Assembly: GCA_010909165.1 (NCBI GenBank)
Contig: VJWM01000326.1
Coordinates: 4,664 to 68,663 of the forward strand
DNA length: 64,000 bases
Reading direction: 5' to 3'
Source of the DNA: Anthoceros angustus
Lineage: Eukaryota; Plantae; Anthocerotophyta
Part shown: piece after piece, positions 13,360-24,300 of the stretch
How positions within the stretch are numbered: position 1 is the first letter of the stretch
How the letters are laid out: each line of letters opens with the position of its first letter
Notes under the pieces: model-generated
Database searches by the model: none
What the model saw: the letters and a program-made list of their open reading frames with translations, nothing else
Told to the model about the DNA's origin: nothing
Position numbers and translations under genes: made by a program

Positions 13360-13989
13360 TATGTGGAACGCAAAAGTTTGGGCAACAAGCTTAAATGAGT
13401 TTGCTTTGAAACAGCCCACACTCTTTGCTAGAATGGTTTGGTGAAGACATGCAAGGAAATTTTTGCTCCTTTTGAGCGGGAGTTGTAGGACCATGTCGGG
13501 AAGGCAAGGATATGCAGGAAAAGAAACGGGTCAAAACGACCTCTGGTGAGGAGAAAAGGTAACCTACATGAGTGGTAGGAGGTGTCCTACCACCGGAGAA
13601 ACTCCTACCATGGTGGGGGTAGGAGAGATCCTACCAAGGAGAATGACCTAGTGTTTTGATCACCTACCGAGGAATAGCTCCTACCATGGTAGGAGAGGGT
13701 AGGAGAGATCCTACCACCGTAGGAGAAACTCCTACCGTGGTAGGAGAAAAGGAAAACGCCTACCATGGTAGGAGGATGTCCTACCACGGTGGGAGATAGG
13801 TTTCTAAGGAAGTAGCTTATGTTTTAGGCAGGATAGGCTTGCTATAGAGTCTTTTAGTGGACTAGATAAATAGGCCAAAATAGGTAATTAAGAAATTAGA
13901 GGCTAATTTTTAATTAGAAATTAGAAAATAGGGAAATTGGTATTTTAGTATAAGGAAATTAGGAAACTAACATCAATGGTGAGAAAGGG

Positions 13990-14059
13990 GCCACGTGGCA
14001 CACATCCAAGGGCAGGATAGAATGGTAGTTACTTTCTAACCCTTGGGTGACTTATAAAA
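13990..14059 (+). promoter_or_regulatory. Candidate promoter of the LTR-embedded ORF: G-box palindrome plus TATA
   Basis: GCCACGTGGC at 13990-13999 and TATAAAA at 14053-14059; same pair upstream of the ORF in the LTRs starting at 29760 and 39964, and with a variant G-box (GACGTGGC) in the LTR at 4069. Confidence 0.5.
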
Positions 14060-14591
14060 GTGGGTGCAGTGCTGCAGAGGCCCCTCGAAACTTGAGGAGG
14101 CGGCCTCCACGCCAAGGCGCCACCCTGCTCAAGGCCCCATACAGCCGCACACCGCGTGTGAGGAGGAGAAGGAGGGCGCAAGCTCAGCAAGGAGGCGGAA
14201 ATCCGAGGCGCCAAGAGAGGAAGAAGGAGGAAGAAGAAGAGAAGGGAGAAGAAGGTTGGGGCGCAACCCAACACTTGCCAAGCTCGTGAGGGTGCCTAGG
14301 AGGGTGGAGCGTGGCAAGATTGCTAGGAAACCGTGCAGGAAGGGCTCCTAAATTGTGGTGGTGTAAGAGTCCGGGAGAATTTTGGTGAGCTTTCTCTTGG
14401 GAGAAATCGGGGTTTTGAGGGGCCAAGGTGTAAGGACTGCAGGAGGAGAGCAAGGGCAAGGACCTTTGAGCTGTGAGCAAGAGCAAATCACGAGGAGGAG
14501 AAACGCTTTGCAAGGATAGAAGTGGCGGGGGCAGAATTGCAGAGAGGCATCACTTTTCTTCAATTTCGTGCAAGTACTAACCAAGGAGGCC

Positions 14592-17412
14592 ATGACCAAG
14601 CCTACCATGACCAAGGGCAAGGAGGTAGTAGCTAAGGAAGGAGCGTCCACCAAGGAGGTGGCGCAGAGCGGCAAGAGGTCTAAGCGGGAGGATCGGACCC
14701 GGAGGGTGGAAATTTGACATGCCATTATTTACGTGCTATGCAGGCCAGCTGTCCTCTAGAGACCTTTCAGACTTTCGACCTTGGGCAGCAGAGGAGAATA
14801 TTCAGCTAGAGTGGGTGTATGGGCGACATTGGTCTTACACCAACCTTGAATTGATAGAGGAGTGTTTTGCTAATCTGCAACAGACGGAAGAGGAATTGGC
14901 TGCCTTACCGGATAGAAACGCACGGACGGATCCACGGTGCTGGACCGTAAGGAGCATACGCCGTATATGGCAGGCGGATAGCGAGGATAGCGGAATCACG
15001 CTTGATGGAAGGAACGAGCGGAGGCAAGCGTGCATCAACGGCGGATCTTCCCAAGGGAGCCCTTACACTTATGCAAGGGGCATGAAGGCTAAGTCCAAGA
15101 ACGGTTGGCGACGGACCAAATCTTGGAGCCCAAGTGGAGATTGTTCACAAGAATTGTTTTGGGCTTGGTGAGCAATCCAAGGGTGTCATATTTCAGCACT
15201 ACCTTCCTCCATTTTCTATGGAAGATCACTCAAGGAGCGAAGCCGGATTGGGGCTCATCATGTATGAAGCATACACCTACCACCGGGAAAAGTTCAAACC
15301 CAACGCGGATGAAGATGTCAAGGCCATGCTATCTTAGCACTTATCTAGTGCATTTGTGGGAAGGGCTACTCACAAGTAAGGAGTTGGATGATTCCAAGCA
15401 TCCCTTTAACATTGTGTACTTACACCGAGAGAGGGACAGGAGTGCTTGGTGCTTTGGCTAAAGGAGGTGCCGGCACCACGGACATTATTCGGAAGGAATC
15501 CTCCAAAGATAGGCCGAGGATGCGGAGGACTTGCAAGGAGAAGTTGTAGGGGATTTGAAGTTTGGACCGCGGAGGATGCGGAGATGGAAGGTAGGATAGA
15601 TCCTACCATGGGGAATCCGCTGCGAGGGTGGGAGGTGTTCCCACTGGTTTGGGACCCCTTTGTCCTCTCATGACAAGGACTGGCAGAATTAGTCCTACCA
15701 CGGTAGGGAAGTAGTCCTACTGGAGCACCTCCTACCACGGTAGGAGGAAAGGAAGTCACGGTTTGGAAGCTCCCAAGAGGGAGATAAGAAGGCAACCGGC
15801 CCGTTAGGTGGGCGAGGATGGAGTCACGGTGGGAGGAGTTGCCCACCAAGTGATGAGCGGGAGCTCATCATAGGGAAGCAAGGGATGTAAGATCCCATGA
15901 GCAAGGCAAAGGCCTTGAGTCTCCGGAGGTAAGAAAGGAGACTTAGACATGTTGGAGGAGATGTCTGCGCATAGGGGAGATGTTCAGAAGGTAGACTAGG
16001 AGCCGCCAAGAGGAGAGTTGAATTCTTGAAGACGGAGGCGGAGAAGACAAGGACCTACCAAGCAAGGGAAATTGCGGGTAGGCGGCGAAACCCAATGCGG
16101 AGGATGTTATGAGGATGGAAGCTCAAGTGGAGCACTTGGAAAAGAGTCTTGAAACAAGGCCAGGAGGCAAACAATCATATTCGGAGAACAAGGCTCTTAC
16201 CAAGCAATTGGCAGCTCGAGAGGAGAAGGTGGAGCAACTTGCTCACATGGTGCGCACATGGAAAAGAAGGCGAAGACAAGCAAGTCTGCTAATGGAGGAA
16301 AGGTCAAGACGAGAGCAATCTGCAGAATGAGGGACAAAGGCAAGTAGGCGACATGAGCGGGTCATAGCCACACAGTGTGAAGATTAGTGACATGGAAAAG
16401 GAGCTGGGAGAAATCCACGAGGCTGGAATTGAAGGAAGAAGAGCTGGAAGAACGGACACATTTTGTCCAAAGATTGGAAATGGAACGAGAAGTCCAAAGA
16501 ACGGAGAGCACAACTCCCTAGGAGGATAGGGGAGTTGGAGGAAGAAATGGCAAAGGAGAAAGGCCGTCATGAGGCGGTGGTGCAGCATATGTTGGCGGTG
16601 AGGGAGGCAGATTTCGGGCTGATTATGCCCTACAAGAGAGATTGATCCGCCAACCGCAGAATGAGAGGACGGAGAATGTGGCTCCATGTCAAGACCGTGA
16701 GTGAGCTGGCCTTGGAGCGAGATGCTTACAAAAGCAAGTGTGAGCATGGAGTATGGCTTGAGGATTACAAGAATTGGAGATGGCACAACAACGATTTGCA
16801 GCCCATCTTCACAACAAGGTGCTCAAGGCCACTAACGAGTTGTTGCGACTTGCTGAAAGGAGAATGTTGGGACCTCATGATGATGAAAGGGAGGCCCTCA
16901 TGCAAGTCCAACCGGAAGCCTTAGACTTGGAGAGTGTCCCAAGCAATGGGGTGAAGAACTTGCACTGTGGAGAAGCAAGTGAAGCGGAAGCTGCAGTGGA
17001 GAGAATCACCCGTGAAGGGGTAAGGAAGAAGAAACGACCGTAGGAACTCCTACCGTGGTAGGAGGAGTTCCTACCGTGGTAGGAGGAGTTCCTACTGGTA
17101 GGAGAGGGTCCTACCATGGTAGGAGGGCCGGAAGAAGCAGCGGATTCAAAGGTCGCTAGCATGGATTTGACGGCAAGGGAGGCGAGTACCTTGGCCCTTG
17201 CAGAAAGAAGGAAGAGGGGTTGATCTTGCAGAATGGAGCAAGAATCACAAGGAGAAGACCAACCTCCTAACATGGGTGCAGGGCAAGGAGCTCACTTGCT
17301 CCACAAGTGAGAGGAAGAGGAGAAGTCGAGGATGAGCCGGCTAAGAGAGCCCGGCTATTTTATTGGAGGAAGGAACTCAAGATAGGCATCAAGATAAGGA
17401 AGGGATTCATAA
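14592..17412 (+). pseudogene. LTR-embedded additional ORF, copy in 3' LTR 1
   Basis: MPLFTCYAGQLSSRDLSDFRPWAAEENIQLEWVYGRHWSYTNLELIEECFANLQ; WRLFTRIVLGLVSNPRVSYFSTTFLHFLWKITQGAKPDWG; PCYLSTYLVHLWEGLL; coiled-coil block. Confidence 0.72.
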
Positions 17413-17680
17413 GAAGTCCTTAAATTAGCTTGAAGACATGGGGCAAGATGCCACTTGGGAAGACTTTTCTTTAGAGGAGGACAGCATTAATGCTTGTCAC
17501 CCGAGTGTGTTGACTAGCTAGATAGGAATGTTGTGAGCCATTAAGGCTCACATAGGTGAATTTTGCTAGAATAGAATTTTACCCAAGATGCTTGGATGTC
17601 GAACTTAAAGTCGGCAATAGGATACACTAAAATAAGGAGTAGGCGTGCGGAGGGCGCGGGGGAGGCATGTGAGGACCTCC

Positions 17681-17687
17681 TATAAAA
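17681..17687 (+). promoter_or_regulatory. Second TATA box in the 3' part of the LTR (candidate genomic-RNA promoter)
   Basis: CCTATAAAAGGAG conserved at ~2190, 8341, 17681, ~34245, ~47130. Confidence 0.45.
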
Positions 17688-18902
17688 GGAGGGAGCTTGT
17701 GAAGTAAAATTATCGTGTCTTGCGCCCCATCCTCCCGAGTCCTTCACTTTGTGCAGAATTTCGTGCAAGCGCAACGCAGGTCCGTAGAGAGGGAGAACGC
17801 GGCCGGAGGGCTTGCTCTTTGGCGCCCAGCTCCCTTGTGAATGGTTCTTGTGTGAATTGTTTTGCTTTGAGTGTGTGGCGATGCTCAAGGAACTCTCGGC
17901 TTGAGGGTAGGGTAGAAAAAGACTCCTGGAGGTTCTCGTCGTGCAAACCACATAGCAACCGCCCAAGGAAGAACTCGTTAATTTCCTGGACGGACCCAGG
18001 CTTGTGCGTAAGGGCGAGTTGGAATTAATGAGCCAGCAATTGGTGTTAGAGTAGGAGATTGTGGAGGAAGGAAGGGTAGATGAGTAGAGAAGAAGAGGGC
18101 GTTGTTGATTGAGAGAGTTGTGAGGAGGATTAGAGTGTAGGAAAACTAAGGCCACAGAGCCTAAGGGACGAATCCCAACTGCAAGTAAGAGGCGCTCCTG
18201 TGTGGAGAAGAGTGTCTTAGGAGTAGGGACGGTTGCGGTGTGGGTCGGGGGTCCCCGGCGCCCGTGATAGACACCTTGCTAAGACGAACCTCAATTGTGT
18301 GTCGTTGTAGGTTGAGGTTTGGTGAGTTTACGGGGGCGAGGCTGTGTAGAGGGAGCGTGAGAGGCGCCTTGCTTGTTTAGAAGGCCGAGGTAGTGTGTAG
18401 CTGCAGTGACGGATTTCTCAAGATTCACTGTCCCAAGTCTCATGGGACCCAACGACGACAGGGATAAGTGTGGCCGCTAGAGGGGGAATCACGGGAGTGC
18501 CCCGGGGTTTTCCTCCCACAATGAACTGTGGGTATGTCATCTTCATTAGTAGAGACTGCACTCCTTTTTCCCTTTTTCCACTATCTTCCATCCGCTTGCT
18601 CCTCGATTTGACTGCGATTTCCAGCAACTCCTACTTCTCTGTTTCCTTTCCTCTTGCGCATTGCCCTATTGAGATCTGCTATAATGAGCTCGTTCCTGGA
18701 TGGTCTTTTGCCTTCTTCCATTGGACTTGGGGATCTCCTTCTCGATGACTGGCCAGGCCCACTGCCACCCGTTTTCCTTGATGGCGGTCTTCCGGTACTT
18801 GGTGCCCTCAAAGGTCTATTACCTACATCATCAGCGCGGACAGCCCCAACCATTGTGGATGGGTGACGATGGCCCTGGGATGATGAAGGTTGGACGCTGG
18901 CA

Positions 18903-19105
18903 TGCCGGCGTCTATAACGATAGTTTAGTATCGTCTAGTTAAACCTAAACACATGGTTACATATATAGTGGTCATGTAAATTAGGGTTATACACGAAGGG
19001 TCGTGTAGATAGTGTTTTAAACATTTTTGTGTGTGCATTTTTTATTATTCAATCTAGCTATCAAGAGTTTATGCAAGCTTTCTCGCTCCTGCTCGATAAT
19101 TCACA
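18903..19105 (+). repeat. 5' LTR of copia B (start approximate)
   Basis: Ends TTTCTCGCTCCTGCTCGATAATTCACA, loosely similar to the copia C LTR end; followed by PBS. Confidence 0.55.
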
Positions 19106-19117
19106 TGGTATCAGAGC
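19106..19117 (+). other. PBS (tRNA-iMet) of copia B
   Basis: TGGTATCAGAGC directly after CA. Confidence 0.9.
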
Positions 19118-19134
19118 ATGGTGCTCTGCTTCCT

Positions 19135-19440
19135 GCTAACAGATCCTAAGAATGCCGAGGCAGGGCGGCTGTAGGGGAAGTCGGCGTGGTGCACTTCCAA
19201 GGAATCAAAATCAGGAAGTCCATTCATGAAGACAAACAAAGAATCGTCCCTATCAACATTGTCTTTGGACCCCACGAGCACGCACTCGTGACTTTATTAT
19301 TTTGTGGCTCAACAAAGACTCTGGACCGCTAACAGATCCTAAGAATGCCGAGGCAGGGCGGCTGTAGGGGAAGTTGGCATGGTGCACTTCCAAGGAATCA
19401 AAATCAGGAAGTCCATTCACGAAGACAAACAGCAACTGTC
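19135..19440 (+). repeat. ~193-bp tandem duplication in copia B leader
   Basis: GCTAACAGATCCTAAGAATGCCGAGGCAGGGCGGCTGTAGGGGAAG... at 19135 and 19328; second unit is cut by copia A and resumes at 26536. Confidence 0.85.
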
Positions 19441-19665
19441 TGATGAGAATCATACACAAGCTCTAGCAATATGTGTTGCATTACATTCATAATAGAAAGT
19501 ACATGCCTTTATGTAGGCAAGGTAGTTGTAACCAATAAGTGGTTGTAACAACTAACCAATTAAAATAACTACTAAAAGAAACTACCTAGAGCCCTAAGGA
19601 CTAAATTAATTATTAAGTCCTAGGTGCCCTAGTGAAGAGTGCCCTAATAGTAAGCTATTTTATCA
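19441..19665 (-). repeat. 3' LTR of copia A
   Basis: TGATGAG...TTTTATCA; about 2 differences from the other LTR by eye. Confidence 0.95.
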
Positions 19666-21324
19666 CTCCCACTCACTATGAACTAGGGGTGATTTTCGAC
19701 CAAAAAGAGGTCTAGGAAAACTAGTCTAGTAAAAACTAGTCCCTAACTAAACTTTACTTAAAGGCATAAAGTAAAACTTAAGGTAAAACTGAAAGTAATA
19801 ATCACTATTAAAATAACTCCCACTTAAGGAGAACGAGATGAGAAACTAATAACCCAACTTCAAATAGGTGGAATTAAAACTAATTAAAAGTATTTAAGCG
19901 GATTTATATATAGGAAAATCCAGAAAATACCCTAATTTCCGAAAAGGAAAATCAAAAGGATAATGGATAATACCCTTCTTCCTCAAACTTCACGAACGCG
20001 ATCCCGACAACTTGGTGGTTGGTACATGTGCGGTGATGGCGATGAGGGGTGGCTACCCGCAGCAAGGCGCCCAATCGCCACGGAGGAGGCGCCCACGGGG
20101 CGCCATCGCGCCTGTGTCCCGAGCCCCGCTGGCCTCCGCGCGCCGCGCTGGGCCGTAGGCGCGCCTTCCGCCCACCGCCCCGGCCTCAGGGGACGCCACG
20201 GCGCTACTGGCGCCCAAACAAAAGGGGAGGCGCCTACCGCTGATGCATCTAGTCGTGTCCTGCTGGTGATGAAGAGTCTCCTCCACGGACCTCGTCCTTC
20301 CTGCACCTTCAAAGAAATCTCGCATTTGTCATTGATCGACCTCATCCTCGGAGGATGAAGCGAACCGAGATGCCTAAGGATCCTACAGGGACGCCTCCCG
20401 AAGAGGAAGCAAGTCCAAGTGTAAGATTGCGTCTTCATTTCCGCCATGTCTTCATTTCCGCCATGTCTTCATTTGTGAAGCAATTGTGGATGTGCTCACC
20501 AAAGGGGAGGAAGCGCAGCCTAGGTGATGAGGACGTGCCCTCCCCTCAATGAATGATGCTCGCCGCAAAATGCCCACCGCCAAAAGTGTTTGTAGGAAAG
20601 ATTGCTGCCCATCTTATGCTTCTAAGAAGAAGCTATGACACAAGTGGATTACAAGGATGCTAACGACTTGATGGATAAGAGGCGACACTTGTGTGGCGAC
20701 GCTGAATGGGTGGAGACGGCATGGGAGGATATGACAAGGAAGGCTGAAAAGAAAGGTGCAATATATTAAAATAAGGTTATCCAAGATTTTAAGCATCCTA
20801 ATTTCTATATGAGTTTTAGGATCGAATAACCTAGCATAAATTTTCTGCATTGATGCGTAAACACATTTTGTTTCCTAAGTGTATTAAAGACAAAAACATG
20901 GGCTATTATAAGCGAATTCTACCAAAAGGTGACCGGAAAATAAAGTATACATACTCACCTTAGGTTTAAGTGAAAAGGGGAGATGTCCGGACTCCTATAT
21001 ATGTGAGGAAACTACCATCCACATGATAAAAATAGCAAGTCTCCCATGTGAGGAATTTCCAGGACATATCAAACATATTTTCCGTAGGTGCCTTTGGTGC
21101 TAAGGGAATTTATTGTTTTAATCACATAAATACTGCTTAAATATTATTTTTATTTTTAATATAAATATTCCAGGTTCTATGTTGGCTATGAAGAGGAAGG
21201 GGATGACCTAAGCTATTTTGAGATAGAAGAAGAAAATGTTCAGAAAAATAGTAAGACAATAATTTTTGGGCTAAGATTTTAAGGTTATCTTAAATCGGCC
21301 CTAAGGCGCTAGGGTGAGTATTAG

Positions 21325-24300
21325 GTTAAAGGTTTGGACAGGTGTCCATTATACCCAAACATTTCATGTGTTTCCTATGTAACTCAATTCCCAATGACTT
21401 TGTTAATAAATCAGATTGTCTAAAGTTTGAACATAACTAATATTTATGGTTTGATCTTCTAACTTTTCCCTTATGTAGTGATACTCAACAGCTATATGTT
21501 TAGTTCTAGAATGAAAAGGATTTCGTGCAAGTGCAATGGCACCGCTATCACTAAACAAAGATGTAGGCTTAAGTTGAGGATGGTGAAGTTCACTCAAAAC
21601 TAACTGGACCACACTATGTCTTTAGAACCGAGGTTAGTACCACTATTCTGACTTGACAAAGCTATAGTAGGTTGTTTCTTACTTGACCAGATATTGGTGC
21701 TCCTCCTAAGAGTAATACATACCCGACTGATTGTGTGTCGGGGTCACCAAGATAGTCGATCGATATGCCGTTAGAGTTAATGTGTTGATAGCTGGTGTAT
21801 GCTTGAACATCGACATACATAGTGCCTTTAAGGTATCGAATATACGCTTAAGACATCCAAAGGCTCACGCCCGTGGTTCTCCAAGAATTGTGAGCGTGAA
21901 CCGACTTCAAAAGATATATCCGGTCTCGTAAAATTGCATAAATATATTAGAGTGCCAAGATGTGGTATGGAATCACGACATTTCTAGCTTTTCTTCATGC
22001 TTTTGGGACTCATATCGAGGTAAGCCTAACACCACTTGCAAAAGGTGTGGGTGTGCTTTGCATCCTCAAGTCCAAATTTAGCTAAACTCTCCTTAATATA
22101 CTTGGTTTGAACTATACTTAGAGTCTTATTACCTCTATTTCGTATAATATTAACACCAAGTGCATATGTCATTTCTCCTAGATCGGACATCTCAAATAGA
22201 GTCCTAAGCCATGCTTTAGTTTCGCTAGGAGAGTGAGGGAGTTTGTTGCCATAAAACATCATCAACATAAAGTAGAAGATAAAATATATCAATATTAGGA
22301 TGTACATACAAGCATCACCGGCTTTGCTTAAATCCTCTCCCAATAAGTTGTACATGTATGGTTAAGTTCCAATTCTTGCTCGATCGCTTAAGGCCATACA
22401 AACCTTTGATGAGTCGGCATACCCAATCTTCTTTGCCTTTGACTTCAGAACTCGTTGTCTCATGTATATTTCCTCTTGCGTGCGCCATACAAATATCTTG
22501 TCTTAACATCCATCATGTGGAGTTCAAGATCATGTTGGGCACATAAGGCAAATATCATTCAAGTGTGGCAAATTTGGCTCTGGGGCATAAGTGGCCCAAG
22601 GTATGTAATCTAGACCAAGAATTTGCGTAAAACCTCTGGCTACTAGACGTGCCTTATACCTTTCTATAGAACCATCTCCTTTTCTTTTAATTTTGAATAC
22701 CCATTTGCTGGTTACTATCTTCCTACCCCTAGGTGGTTTGACCAATTCCATGTAGAGTTATTAACTAGGGAATTATATTCGAATCTACTACCTTCCATAA
22801 GTCTTTTCGGAGAAGAGAAAGCTTGTTTTAAGGTAAGAGGTTCTTCCGGGTCTATAGTTGCCTTGTAGACATTTTGAGAATAAAGTGATATAGGGGTATA
22901 GGATCATCAAAACAGCTAGGTATCCTAAAGGAGGTTCCTTCCAACTGCAGGACTCGAGATAGTAGGTCGGGATCTAAGGTTGTACCTTTGTGCATCATCC
23001 ATGGAGGCGGGATCAACGAGGATCTGCTGGCTCCACAATGTCATCCTCCGGAGGGTCATCAAACTCATCATCATGAGTGTCAATCGGCGCCGGGATGTCA
23101 ACATCGTGTCTGCCCGGGTTGTGGAATAGATGCTAACTCCTCCTCCTCGCATAATAGGTTCAACTAAAGGAACACGAGCGTGAATGGGAAATGGAGTGAA
23201 ATAATCAAGATCAAAATAAGAAGGGTCAATGGTCTCATCAAGAGGAGGACCAAGCCTATCAGCTCCCACTGTGGGGGAAAAGAGGTAAGACTCATGAAAA
23301 GTAACACTCCGGGCGTATAAAAGTTGCCTTGTAGAAGGGTTGAACAATTTGTACCCTTTGATACCTTCGGTGTAGCCAATGAAAGTGTACTTAGCTGCTT
23401 TGGGATCCAACTTCTTACGCAATGCTTTGGGAATAAAAACATATGCAGGGGATCCAAAAATTCGAAGGTGGTCAATAGAAGGCTTCTTGCCAATGAATGC
23501 TTCATATGGAGTCATACCTTGAACCGATGTAGGCAATCGATTCATGAGATAGGTTCTTAGGAGGGCCTCCCAATAAGCCTTAGATAACTTAGCTTGTACC
23601 AATAAGCAACCTGTGATCTCTTGGAGGCGTAGATTCTTGTTCGGCCACGCCATTTTGTTGAGGAGTGTAGACAATCGTAAGTTGTTGAGCTATACCTTCA
23701 CTCGACAAAATCCTCAAAAGATGTAAACTCTCCACCATTGTCGGAACGTAAGGTCTTGAGTTTGTGATCGTAAGTCTCTCACCCATTTCATGTAGTCCTT
23801 GAAGAAGTGAAAGGCATCACTCTTGTTTTTCGGGATGTAGGAAAAGACAAACGAGAGAAATCATCTGTGAAGGTCAAAAATATCTACTACCACTAAAGGA
23901 GGGTGTAGACAAGGGTCCACAATGTCTGTGCACTATCTCTAAAGGTGACTTGGCCCTTTGTGGAGATTTATTTTTGAAAGGCTCTTGATGTCGTTTAGTG
24001 AGGACACAAGATTCGCACCAAGGTAGGTGTTCAACCTTTGCAAGGCAAGGGTTCTATATAAAGCTCCCTTAGACATTTGGATTAATTTTTGACTATTAGG
24101 ATGACCAAGGCGACAATGCCAAAGCATGGTTTGGGTAGGTGTCATGGTTTGGAATGGCAACATTAGCGAATGGGTGGCTCCCACTTGTCGACAATCTATA
24201 GAGACCATCATCTAAAGTGCAGTGCATTGTATAGTTTCTATCACTTATGAAAGAGAGAAGACAACTATCGCATAAAGGATCACCGCAGAGTGTGTTCTTG

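Larger units (their letters stand above)
4069..18520 (+). mobile_element. Non-autonomous Athila/Tat-like Ty3/gypsy LTR retrotransposon, copy 1 (~14.4 kb)
   Basis: Two ~5.1 kb direct repeats; PBS after the first, PPT before the second; gag and integrase relics between; 5' terminus degraded so start is approximate; TSD only partly visible (ATG.. / ATGAA). Confidence 0.88.
13362..18520 (+). repeat. 3' LTR of gypsy copy 1 (5159 bp)
   Basis: TGTGGAACGC...CCTCCCACA with 5-bp terminal inverted repeat TGTGG/CCACA; unrelated flank after it. Confidence 0.9.

Noticed and set aside
1-18520. Reading the large repeats as a ~9 kb satellite or tandem gene array
   Set aside because: PBS/PPT placement and TGTGG...CCACA termini define them as LTRs.
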